A DNA stretch of 64,000 bases from Lottia gigantea (taxonomy: Eukaryota): contig NW_008708401.1 in the NCBI RefSeq assembly GCF_000327385.1, positions 437,969 through 501,968 on the forward strand. Direction: 5' to 3'. Both the position numbers and the translations under genes were made by a program. This document shows, one piece after another, positions 31,501 to 43,700 of the stretch (within the stretch, counting starts at the first letter, position 1; each line of letters begins with the position of its first letter). Under the pieces are notes generated by a model. The model was not told the DNA's origin and searched no databases. It was given only the letters and a program-made list of their open reading frames with translations.

Positions 31501-33901
31501 CGCAATCAATACTTAAGACGTTTGGCCATGGATCAGATGGTAGATTGGGACCTTGAGAACCTATACTACCTATCCTATTCCTTATTTTGTTAAGTTATTT
31601 AATGAATTTTATCAAAATATTAATCATTTTAATTTCAGATCATCTTATAAGTGTAAATATTTTGTTCTACCTTGCTGCCATTTTGATTTTAATTGTAAAT
31701 TCAACCAGAGAGACACTGGCACCAGTCAATATCAGACTTATTTAAACTTTGTTCAACAAGTTGGTGAGGTCTGTGGATTTAATGTAGAGGAGGATACTCT
31801 CAGAATTCCTTCTACTAAACGGGTAAGACTCGTGGATTTACTGTAAACATCTTGTCAATTTTCAATGAAATAAAATTAATTTTGACATCTTGCTATTCTA
31901 ATCAATTTTCAAGTTAATTAAATGAAATGAAATGGATTTTATGCCTGTTTTGCCTGCAGTATGAAGGTTAGGAAAATTTGTCTTGACAGTGGCTTTAATT
32001 TGATAAACTCTTTATCATTCATAGCCTGCAGCGCAAGTTTGAACTTAGTTCGTAACTTCTCTACTTTAATATTATTTAGGTATGTTTTGTTGGAAGATCC
32101 AGAAATTACAAAGAGAGCGAGGAAAGTGTGGTAGATACAAAAAGAATGGAATATATCAACAATAGATGTATCATAGCAACAGACAAAAACTCTATAGAAG
32201 GCAGTACTGGAATAGATTCAAATGCCCAGTCTCCAACAGAAAGTGACAGTAAGAAAATAAGGCTGGATGAACAGTCATGTGAAAATGGTGCAACACCTTG
32301 GGCTCAATCGTTCCAGCCTCGTTCAGCTAAAGAAATACCAAGGAACTGCCAGAGTGTGCCTAGTGATATTAAAACTATGATAGTGAAAACAGTATTTCAA
32401 TGTTTAATAGAGTCTACAGATAGTATGGTTATCCAGACTGAACATGGTACAAGTTGGAATAAAGGAGGTATGTGGCATTATATCAGGTTCAAAGGTTCAA
32501 AGTTTTTCCAAAATAAAGGATATTATTTAATATAGTTTTCTAATATTCAAAATTAAAGAAGAAATTGTATTGGTAAAATATTCCACTATAGTTTGATTGA
32601 CTGGTATACAAAAAGGTTCAGACAGAAGAGATTGAATTTTGAATATTATTGTGTTAAACATGTCAAGATATTTCTATTTAAGCCCTTCCAATTGAATTGG
32701 GTTCTTAATTTAAAAACAGTGCATTAATTTATTGTCAGTTATTCAAAGTTAAACCTTTCTGTTATTTTCTATTCAAGGGACATTACCCTTAAGTAATGTA
32801 GCTGAATTATTTACAAGTGAAACACTACAGAAGTTAAAATGTGAATGTGGTGGTCTACAGACTTTATTACGTAATCATAATCATATATTCCAAGGTGGGT
32901 TTATTTCTCTTGACAAAGATTCATTTGATTGAACATTCTTGGTAAAACTGATCTAGATGTTTTGGTTCATGTCTTTCTGTTGTTTGTCAAGGATGGCAAT
33001 GGGAATAACCCACAGAAACAGTGGCCCAACTACCATAGGGACTGGTTGAACCAAGTCTATGGGGCCCCAACCATCAGAAAAAAAAGAAAATGTACCAAGG
33101 TATACAATTATAACTAAGCAACCAGCATAAATGAGTGAAATAACATTAAATTGACTGAAAATCTTCCATTAAGTTGACTTACTGAGGGGTCTCAAAATGC
33201 AGGAGAGCACAGGGGGAGCCCCAACACACTTAAGTACATTGGCCCCAGCTCATCTAGTTGAGCCACTTCAAGAATAAAACATAGTATATTTGTGTGCACA
33301 TTATGCAATTTTTATCTTAAAGAGAACTTTGGGTGCATTACAGACAGTGACAAGAAAAATTTGTCAATATCTGCCATTTTTGTAATTGATTTCTGATGAT
33401 TGAAGGTGCTAATATGGAAGACTGTACCCCGCATTATACCGATCTTTTAATATCACAATATCAGTATTATATTCAAAGTATTTTTAGATATTGCCATTAT
33501 TGTCGCAACAATATTTTCTGATTTCTTTCATGCAGCCAATAATGTCATTTTGGTCTCTTTATTGAATATTGGCAGATGCCATAGCAAGCTCTCTTTTTCG
33601 CATACACTTGAACTCCAATTCTTTTCATGTAGCAAGTTATTTTGATGTTAAATATTTTTTTAATATTTCAGTAACTGGAGGAATAGTAAGGTTAAGAGAT
33701 CTCTCATCAGATGATCTGTTCGGAAAGAAAAATTCAAAAAAGAAGAAAGTATCTAAGACAAATTCAGAAGATTTTATTAAAACTACTCTGTGTTGGTTTA
33801 ATGAACATCACCCTGATGGGTGTCCACAGTTAGCAGTGAACTGTAAATATGCTCATGGTGCCCAAGAACTGAGACAAAAGCCACTCCAATCAAAATCCTG
33901 A
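28515..33901 (+). CDS. TRMT44: TRM44-like AdoMet-dependent methyltransferase (probable tRNA (uracil-O2)-methyltransferase family) with a C-terminal CCCH zinc finger. Ten exons: 28515-28884, 29276-29399, 29748-30030, 30453-30560, 30863-30934, 31238-31344, 31639-31822, 32080-32467, 32778-32894, 33672-33901.
   Basis: Methyltransferase motif I FVDLGCGNGLLVYILTAEG sits in exon 4, followed by HKGVGLDLRKRQIWDWYG. The C-terminal exon carries C-x7-C-x5-C-x3-H (CWFNEHHPDGCPQLAVNCKYAH). All junctions are GT-AG with continuous phases (1,2,0,0,0,2,0,1,1). AATAAA at 33943-33948. The family assignment is from recalled motifs, not a search. Confidence 0.55.
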
Positions 33902-33942
33902 TGGATATTATGTTTTTGAAACTGTTATTACCTATGTCTTTC

Positions 33943-33948
33943 AATAAA
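33943..33948 (+). other. AATAAA polyadenylation signal of the TRM44-like gene.
   Basis: Hexamer 42 nt after the TGA at 33899-33901. Confidence 0.45.
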
Positions 33949-34528
33949 TGAAATGAAAACTCCATTTATCTATCTTGTATCTTTATGTGTCACTGATCTT
34001 CCAGTTTCAAATTTAACCAGTTAGACCAACTTGTTGATTTTCCCTTAATACGGCATGCGCATTATATTGGGCGCGCGCTATATTCGCAATTATACGGTAT
34101 CACAGATAAAGTGTACTGATATAACTGAAGAACGCAGTCAGTGACCATCCCAATCAAGATACCGATAGATTAAGTCATATTATGATTTTCATTTATCACA
34201 TGAGGAATAGCTCAATGAGTAGATATATGGCTAGGCTTTGAAACATTTCTGATGCCTTGGCGAGGGCTTTTGAGTGCAAATTCTAAGTCTATTACTGACA
34301 TTTGCTAATTGACATTTTGTCCAATCCATTAACACAAACCACTATTCCATGCGTCAATTTGTAGCAAGGATTTTGATTGGTTAGAATACAAGTAGATTAT
34401 CATGTCAAAGGTCAATAAATAGTTTTGAACATGGGTTCACGTAGAAGAAGGTCAGGTCTGCATTTAGAGAAGCAACTTGCAGAGAAAAATTCAAAACTTA
34501 TTCCAATCTGAATTCTAAACTTCCCCAT

Positions 34529-35282
34529 CTAGGTCTTTTTAGCAACCTTTAAAGATCCTATCACTGCTGTCTTTTCTTTCAGTTGTCTTTTAAGATCATC
34601 AATTTGAAAATTCAAAATGGCCGTCTCCTCACATTTGGAAATAAGCTGTTGCTTGCAATCATTGAAATATTTAGCAAAGAAACAGTTTTTTCCGTTACAC
34701 GATGCAATTTTTGAAGCCGGCAGAAAATTATTGCGAAGGTACTTGATTTCCTTGTCCTTATTATTAATAGTGTATTTCATTTTTAACATCTCGCCTGACA
34801 GACGACTTATTTCCAAAGATTCGTCTTTTTCTTTGACTAATTTCAGACACATTGTTTCCAACTCGATTATCTTTTCCTGAAATCTGTCATTAATTTCCAT
34901 CTGATCGCTGTATTTCAATTCTAACTCTTCAAGCAACACTTTCTTGGCGTCAAGTTCCTCTTTAAGTTGGTTAATCTCGTCTTCGGCTCGATTTAAATGT
35001 TTTTGAAATCTTGTTTCACGACCACGTAGCACTTCAGACAATTTGCCAAATTCACGTTTATATTCCTTAGCAATAAATTTCTCGTCTTGAATCTGCTTAG
35101 ACAACGTTTCGATATTTTCTTCTTGTTTTTTGTCGTCGAGACATTTGGTGGTTTCTAAATATACTAACTTGGTGAATATATTGCTGCTTGAGCTGAAGAC
35201 CTGATTTTCTATAAATTTTTTGATCCCTTTAATTTCTTCATTGCTCAGTTTTTTGGATAATCTTGGGTACAGTCGGAATAAT
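34529..35282 (-). CDS. C-terminal coding exon, about 250 aa, of a coiled-coil protein. The minus-strand acceptor is at 35283-35284 and the stop at 34529-34531.
   Basis: Long minus-strand ORF with K/E/L-rich heptad-like sequence (EINQLKEELDAKKVLLEELELKYSDQMEINDRFQEKIIELE...). It stays open upstream of the track's Met back to a tctttcag acceptor. The 5' exons were not identified. Confidence 0.4.
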
Positions 35283-35744
35283 TCTGAAAGAAAAAGAATT
35301 GAAATTAGTTATATCGAGAATGCTGGATAGTCGTTCAGGTGTGAGCATATCCAAATTTTCTTGTAATGAGTTATCTCCCCTAAGAGTTTGCTTTTTGATT
35401 GGCCTTTTTAACAGTTAGTTAGTCCAAATGTTAGGAGCTATTCCCTTTACATTGCGCTCCTTAATTGACATTGTCATTTTGTCTGGATATATTGAGATAC
35501 GATATCTTTTAAAACATAATAAGTAGGCCTATTGATGATCCCAGTCGATTTTGAAATTTACTAGCCAAAAGAATATGTAGATTCGGCTATTTCAGCTACA
35601 GCAATGACTTTTCTGACGTCTGGAAAACAGTCGATAGTAAAACTGAAAAATGTGTGTTCCTGAAAAGGATTGTAAGGGTTTTCTAGTTGTGTGTGTATGC
35701 TATTAGGTGCACCCTTCCAATTCGTATGATGTGGTTCTTATTCT

Positions 35745-35835
35745 AATAGAAATCTTTGACCTTATGTGATGAAAATCGATGCTACCAGTGTCCCTGAAAG
35801 ACAGTAAAAGTTTAGAAAACCTCTGTACAATCCCC
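35745..35835. mobile_element. Truncated copy of the same repeat family.
   Basis: gaaaatcgatgctaccagtgtccctgaaagacagtaaaagtttagaaaacctctgtacaatccc matches the 3' part of the arm consensus. Confidence 0.5.
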
Positions 35836-36389
35836 CAATCCCCATAGAATAGATGTATCTTACCGTTCCAGTCGCTCATTCTTAACGTATTGTCTTAGAT
35901 TCCACAACATAAGACAGTGGACTAATTTTTTAGAGAAATAAAACACTTCTGAACTACAACGTTTCGACGATGATACTCTCGGCTCGTCCTTTCTTACGAA
36001 TGATAGCCTATTCACAACCTGGTCTGTCTTTCCCAAACAAACTTAATGCAAATACACACAAATAATATCCTGGAACATGTAAAAACTCATATTCATTTCA
36101 TCGAACGCATCCGATATTCCGTTGAAATTATAGATTTCTATTATTTTGAATGTGTTTCTATAGTAACAAGGAATGTCACGATGTAGTGAAGAATGATAAT
36201 TAACAATGGAAGCTTATTATTATCATTTTAAACATGTTTCTATGACAATAATATAATTAATCAATTGGATGATTAGCTAACACCTGAACAGCCTGATAGA
36301 TACAACACCATTACATGTGGCTCAATACCTTGTTCAGCGGGAATTGGAGGTCTTTATTTAAAAAAGAAAGACAGGGATTGAGAGTGAGC

Positions 36390-36670
36390 CGAACACCTGA
36401 TGCCACTCACCCAGTGGGGATGGAGAGAGAGGGGGCATTTACCCCACTAGGAAAATGGTTTGTAGCCCCAATTGTATCCCCACTACATTTTATAATATAT
36501 GAAGAATATGATTTTTATACGTTAAGCCTCCAAACATGTGTCGGAATAATCAAAACAATACCAATTTCAAAATTTTATCGAGGGAGTACCCTCTCAGACG
36601 CTCACCCCCCCCCCCCCCCCCTCCCCTTCTATGTCCCAATATGTACCCGCCGGGAGGCTGTTGCTGCCAC
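36390..36670. repeat. SINE-like dispersed repeat, copy 1. It contains a C16 homopolymer at 36606-36621.
   Basis: About 75-80% identical to 39390-39610 in collinear blocks: ggaaaatggtttgtagccccaattgtatcccc / gaaaaatggttcgcaccctcaattgtaccccc; gatttttatacgttaagcctccaaacatgtgtcggaat / tctttttatacgctttggccccaaatatgtgtctgaat; gagggagtaccctctcagacgctca / ggggaaaaccctctcagacgctca. Confidence 0.55.
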
Positions 36671-37996
36671 ACACCCTACATGTTTTACATCGTGTCTTAA
36701 AATTCATTACTTCAATTGAAGATCTTCGTTTCCACGTTTGTTTTCTTCATCCTACAGTTTTAGTTCGAGCTTGACCTAGAACGTAGAACTCATTCAGAAG
36801 CGTAGGATGTCCAACTCCTTTTCATTAACGCATCCTTAAGGTTTGGTCCCAACTTGACCTTGTTTGGTCCGATCGTGACCTTAAACTTAATTAAATCAAT
36901 TAAACTTGTGTTAAATTTGGGTTACAAGGCGAGGGAAATGTCAAATTTTAATTACCTGATATATTGATTGATTAGTCACGTGATAATATATTCAAGGATT
37001 ATCTGAAAAGATTGTGATATTGAAAATTAATAACTTTGATTTTTTTAAATCTCAGAAATCCAGAAAGTCTTGTCTTCACATCAGGTAAGAATTAAGGGCC
37101 ACCTTTCTTCTTATAGGGCTGTATATGAAATGAAATGGGTGGATGTTTTACGTTTTTAAGGCGCTGTTTTGTACCATATTGGACTAATGATAACTGGCAA
37201 CACCTTATACAAGGTGCAGCAAGAAAAATGTCATCAGTAAAATGTGTGTTCTCTTCAAGATTGTGATGTAGGCCAGTGTTCCTTTTAATATTAGAAAGGC
37301 CTAACAAACCTTTAATTCTTTTTGTAGCAACGGACCATATGTTTTCGCCTCGTACGAAGTATAAGGTTCGTATACAACCACAAAGCAAACCAATTTGTAT
37401 TGTTACAACCTCTTTCCATGCCAAGTTGATTTAAGCAAAATCTATGGAAGGCGAAGACTGCCATAAATCAAACATTTCGTTGTCTTGATCTGCCGCCATT
37501 CTGATCCAGAAAATCAACATTGTTGTGCCAAGTACAGGTCTCTGTTGCTATCATCATCCATATTTCAATTACATTTTGGTTATATATTGTAACTTTCAGC
37601 ACGAATAAGCTACTGTACTTTCTGAATCTTAAATTTTGAATGTAGCTTCGAAATATCTTATCCTGTCGTTCAGTACACAAAAAACTTACTTTTTGACCTT
37701 AGAAAAAAGTTATTGTGCCAACCCATTCTGATATAAAAAAAACTGATATTGTGGCAAGAAATCTGCTAGCTATACGATATTTTCGTATGATGCTATAACC
37801 ATTAAACAACAAGACATAAAAAAGACATGATATTTTCGGCAAAATCTATCATTGCCGACCCATTCTGATAGCAATAAACAAAGCAATCTGCTAGTAAGTT
37901 GGGCATGAAAAATATGATGCTCACCTTAATCAACATGCGAGTATATAGCCCACGATAGTTTCGTTTCTCAGGGATGAATGATTTATTTTTCCAGAC

Positions 37997-39046
37997 ATGA
38001 AGTTTCTGTTGATTGTACTGCTACAGTTCTCTCTACAATCTACATGTCTAACTCGATCAACTGATGACTATACCATTATTATTACAAATCGTAAGTTCAT
38101 TGAATTTAATAAATGGAAATAAAAAAGCAGAAGATAACCAATATCTGTGAATGTGACGAGAAAGTTATACAAAGGAATTGTAAAGAAGCTTTCTGATATA
38201 TGTATCAGGGACATTGATAGACTCCATTTGCACCATTCAAATTTTCAGTCAGACGCCTGTGGTTTTTTAAATATTATTAGCAGGTTTTGCGACGTCATAA
38301 ATGGCTTTGCATATTTTATTACAGACATCAGCCAAAAAATTTGAATGACGCAAATAGAAGCAATAAATGACCGCGATAGGCTACTCTATTTAAAACTATG
38401 GAAACTATAATAACACCTTTTTCTTGAGACTTTTTTCGATAATTCATCTGTCTTATTTGTTTGTCTCGTTGTAGCTATATACCGAAGAACAGTTCCGGTT
38501 CGGAATTCCTGGGAACGTCGAGGAAGAAGCGGTTTCAATCAGGCCAGACCCGCTCGCAATGGATTTATAAATTCAAACAATCATAGACTGATAAATACCA
38601 GAAATGTCGGGCAAATAACGAGAACTGATTGGCGGACAACGTCTAATAACAACAGACCGCTCATGATTGGACACCAGGGAACCAATCAAAGGCTTCCTAG
38701 ACACGATTTAGCCAATGAAAATACGAATATTACAAAGGAGATAACTAAAAGTATTCAGGATGAGAATCACCGATTGGTCATATCAACTGATCATCTTGCG
38801 ACTCCGACTGTGCTACCAGTGAACCATAGACAGCCTGTTCGACGTCCACGACTCTGGAGCAGAAACGTCAACAGGCAAATGCACACACGAGGCAATCCGA
38901 ACAGACGCCGGAATTTTACTGGACGTTTGATGACAATAAGTCCACGCAAGCCAACGGAATCAGCACAGCGCCCGAATTCAAATAGGAAAGTTGGAATTTT
39001 AAGAAACCAAGAACAAATCAACCGTAGTCGGTTTGGCATGGAATAG
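37997..39046 (+). CDS. Small secreted Arg/Asn-rich basic protein, about 220 aa. Exon 1 is 37997-38090 (signal peptide MKFLLIVLLQFSLQSTC...) and exon 2 is 38475-39046.
   Basis: ATG followed by a hydrophobic signal sequence and donor AAATC|GTAAGT (phase 1). The acceptor gttgtag at 38473-38474 joins in phase to the long ORF that the track truncates to 38663-39046. The product has many R/N/P/T residues and RR/RRR clusters. No known family was recognised. Confidence 0.4.
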
Positions 39047-39389
39047 AGTCTTGGAAAATACTCAGAGAACTAAATGTCATTCTGAAAAAAATGTTAGAAG
39101 ATGTCAATAGTTAGCTACCAATGGGTGATATCGACAACGATAGATAGGCCTTCAGTAGTGGAAAATGAATCTGTATCGACTCACGAATCAAGAGACTCTG
39201 AACTTGAACTTGAACTCCTGCATGTTGATTTCACCTCTGTGATTGATAGAATGTTTATTCGTTTGAATTTATTGTAGACGAACTTATCATCGCTTGAAGT
39301 TCGGCTTAAAAGTATTACATTATGTATTGACCGTTTTTGATGTATATAAAAGAAAATTTTCTCCACAATTATAATCTGTCTCAGTGGCA

Positions 39390-39610
39390 GCGCCACAGTG
39401 AGAACATTTGCCTCCCCCCTCCCCCTTTAGAAAAATGGTTCGCACCCTCAATTGTACCCCCGCTTTCTTTTTAACAATTTTAAAAAAATATCTTTTTATA
39501 CGCTTTGGCCCCAAATATGTGTCTGAATGCACCAAATCTATTCAATTTTTCGAAAATTTTCTCGGGGAAAACCCTCTCAGACGCTCAATGAGAGGTTTGC
39601 GACAAGTCGC
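39390..39610. repeat. SINE-like dispersed repeat, copy 2.
   Basis: See copy 1. ORFs 39320-39535(-), 39408-39680 and 39527-39727 lie inside it and are not taken as genes. Confidence 0.55.
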
Positions 39611-40795
39611 CCAAGTTTCTCTCACTATACTCCATACCGTACCGTACGTCTTTATATGCCCACGCAAAAGCAGAAATTAGAGGCAGAAAATAAAATCACT
39701 CAACTGCGTCATGAAACTTCACTTTAAGACTAGACTAGTATATTCGTGACTGCCGTTTATCTAGATTATCAAGACTATTGATATCAATGGCGGGTAACGG
39801 TAAAACTTGTTCAACCAGTTTTGCGATCACAACAATACACAATAATAGGGCTATTTTTATCCTTCAAGACATGGGCAGGTTCTTTCGAGTTGACTGTAAC
39901 ATACACAAGACGGGAAGGGCACAAAATCTTCTCTATACCGGGCATGAGATCTGTGGGTCTCGAATAAAAACAGGAATATCGGAACGTCAAACATAGAGTC
40001 GGCACCTTTGAAGTTTGCATTAAGGTGTAAAGCCGTTATTTCCAGGTAAGTGAAAGAAATTATGTTTGATTTGAATTGAAAATATTTTATGTTATTAGTA
40101 TGGGAGGGGTTAAGGTGTGATTTGAGTCTTTTATCAATAGATTATGTAAACTCCCTAAATTTATTGGAATTTAGAGTTAAATTTTGAATAAATGTTAATG
40201 TATGAAATAAAAATAGGTTTAAGAATGATTTGCATGTACATGATAAATGGATTTTTATTTAATATTAAAAAAGTCCAAAAGAAGATTAAGTGACAGTGTT
40301 ATAAAGCACAACCCAAAACAGTTCTGGTCAAGGCATAGAAATTTTGTTTAACATTGAGGGGTGGGGGGAGGTGGGATGGTTGGTCTTAAACTCACATTGA
40401 ACCTTATTCTGTGTTTTACCCAAAAAAAAAGGTAACTTTTCATTGAAATGGTACAGAGTCTCAATTTATTATGAAAGTAGGAAAAGGAGGAGGGGAGGAT
40501 GTCCCAAGAGTAGGCCTAAATTTAGCATTGTATATCACAAGTTTGGGATATACTTGACTTTGTGGCACATGATTTCATTTTAGTTACTAAAGTTACTACA
40601 AGTTAGATTTTCAGTATGGATTTAATGGAACTCTGATAGGTGCAAATGGAAGCTCTGAGTGACCCTGATACACATACAAAGACTAGACCACCCTTTAAAA
40701 TGATTTTTCTCCATACAACAAAAATTCAGTATGATTTTAAAAAGTGATCTTGGCAATTTTTAATGGAGAAAATATTCTGCTTTCAGACTGGAAAT

Positions 40796-43700
40796 ATGAG
40801 GCTATTTAAAGAACTAGAGGTAGTGATATTAGTGGTAGGTGTGATCCTGTCTACCAGCCACTGTCAAGATATTTTACAACAGACATGTAACGATCCTAAT
40901 GGCTATGCTACAATTGAACCAGATGCTGATGCTATCATTGGTGGTGTATTGTGTGCTGATGGTGAGTTAAAAGCCATTAAAAGCCATGGTTCACCATTTT
41001 CTGGGTTGATTTGGGTCTTGAATATATATAAATATTTTTCAGAACGAGAATCATAATCCTGTCAAATATACCTCAAACTGGAAATTTTACTTTTTATTTC
41101 TATAAATCTTTCTATGACAGGTCATGTTTCTCTACAATTTGTCGTTTGCTTTTGCTTAAATCCATTTAGTTTTCCAACACCAACCAAATAAATGGTTTTG
41201 CTGTTCAAACATTAACGGCTAAAACTTTCAGAAAAGATAAGGGACCAATTTCACTAAAGTTAGTATAGTTTTCAATAGTTATAATAACTTATCCTAAAAA
41301 TCAGACTGTCCCTTTAAATATTATAATATAATCATCATTACAGACATGCAGGCATATGAAGCTTTACGTCTGGCCATTGAGGTCATCAATAAAGAAAATG
41401 TTAAAATTAATGGAGAATTATTAAATACTAGCTATGTACCTGGTATCAAATTAGGTGAGTTCATTTCTGTCAAATTTAATCTTGATATAAACTTCACTAG
41501 GATAAAATCCACTTTTTACGGCAAATTACTATAAATTCCTCTTCATTTGTGGCCAGTGGTATATTTTTTTTTTGAATCAGTAGTTCCCAACCTATTTCAG
41601 CCCTCACACCCCCGGAGCAATCACATGGAACTTTCACACCCCAAAAATTCAGCATGTGATGATGTGAGGTGCGCTCTCTCTCAACTCAAAATAAATTCTT
41701 CACCTACACCAGTTGGCCACACCCCTGACACCCTAATCCCACACCCCCAGGGGGTGAAAACACTCCAGACTGGGAACCAGGGATCTACATATATGTAAAA
41801 ATTGAATTCCTAAGCATCCTAAAATAGTAAATTATATGTAGGATAGCATATATTGATATGCTTAGACATTTATTTGAGTTTTCAATTTTTAATGAATTCA
41901 TTCATTCATGCTTTTTTGATTCATTCATGTATTCATTCATTGACTAGGTATGAGAGTAAAGAATACTTGTGGTGATAGTGAAGCTGCTATAGAAGGAGCT
42001 ACAACTTTATTTCCACAGTTATCTGCTCCTCAATCAACTTGTAATCAGACTCAGAAAGTGATCCTAGGTGAGTGATCTTTAAAGATGGGTTTCCTTATTT
42101 TTTAGTGTCAAATTAAGCAAACTATTTTATTAATTGGTGTTTCTAATAAATTATCATGTATCTTTTATCAAATCATTATTTTCTTATTGCATATAATTAA
42201 GAGTTTTATTCAATCATAAATGTTTATGTATATACAGTCGGGATAAACATAAAGGGATCCCATCTTTAATTATCTAATAAGAAATACAGTAAGCTGTCCC
42301 TGATTTGACAATATGACTAAATTTGAAATTAATTCTTTTGAAATTACTTGAGGTTTTCCAGTCAAAATCAATAGTCTACTATTTGTAATAGATCACTGAT
42401 GATTGAACTACTAAAATGGAGGACCACTTGTCTTTGTTTAGATTTTGGTGTAATTGGTAAAGTTCCAATGGGAGGACTATAAAGCTGTTTCTATTAGCCC
42501 ACTTTGGTGCAGTAGGATGTAAATCTCTATTTCATTTCATAACATAAATTTCATGGTATACTACTTCTTAGTTTTAATGTACATAACGTTTCAAAAATTT
42601 ACATTGGCATCATTAGCAACATATTCATGTAGATTTTTGAAATGCTGTGTCCAGAAAAGCTAAGGAGTAGTATACCATTAGATTATGTTTGTAAAATTTG
42701 ATGTGATCTCTATTTGATTTCATTTAGAATACATATACTTTGTTTAAAATCAGGTGTGATTGGTACAAGTTCCAGTGGTACAACAATGACTGTGTCAGAT
42801 TACCTGGAGAAGTATAATATTCCCATCATATCATACCAAGCTACAGCACCCATTCTGAGTAATAAGCTCAACTACCCAAACTTTATGAGAACTGTACCTC
42901 CAGATGGCCCACTCATGGATGTAAGTATTTAAAGGAGCAGCAGTCTGATTGTTTGGGTTAATCCAACTATTACGACTACCAACCACTATCTAGTTTGAAA
43001 TGTCTGCAGCTGTTGGAAGCGAAAGTTAACTTGTCATCTACCTATTTAACTTACTTAAGTTAGGTAGAAGTTAGGTGCTCAAATTAATGAAAACTAATGA
43101 TTTTTGGTTTGTGGTGGAAATTTGATGTACTGATTTTAGTTAGATAAAAGCCAAGTTGTTAGAATATATCAAGAAATCTGAATACGTATTAATTTTGAAT
43201 GTTATTGTCTTGACTCTAGGTCATTATCAAAGTATTAAACAGAATTAAATGGGACCATATCATCATTGTTTACGAGGATTCAGTGTTTGGTCGATCATCT
43301 TTCGCAGAAATTTTACCTCGATTATCAGATGCTGGTATTTGTTTGAAATCAGCTATACGTCATGACGAGACAGACACGGCAGCTGGTACATTAGATAGAG
43401 CTTTATTGACCAACACAACTGGTGTGTTATATTTAGGCGGTGTGGACCTGGCAGATCAGCTTCTTCAACAAGGAGAAACTCACCCAGGAGCTGGTAAACT
43501 TCAGTGGATTTTCACCGATAGTATAAGCCTCGATAAAAGTTTCCAAACCAGAAAATATCAACGTGGAATCATCAGTATTTTGCCGAGCTCCAGAAACATT
43601 GTGGAATTTGAAGATCATTGGATGAGAATTGAGGAGAATTCTCCATCTGCAGAAAATCCATGGTTCCAGAAATGGTTTATGGATCAGAATGAATGCCTTT

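Noticed and set aside
36315-36719. 134-aa ORF containing a PPPPPP run.
   Set aside because: It lies entirely inside the SINE-like repeat copy and spans a C16 homopolymer. There are no splice or start signals.
38791-39039. Minus-strand ORF antisense to the basic-protein gene.
   Set aside because: It is a shadow of the Arg-rich sense ORF. The sense strand has a signal-peptide exon and a phase-matched splice.
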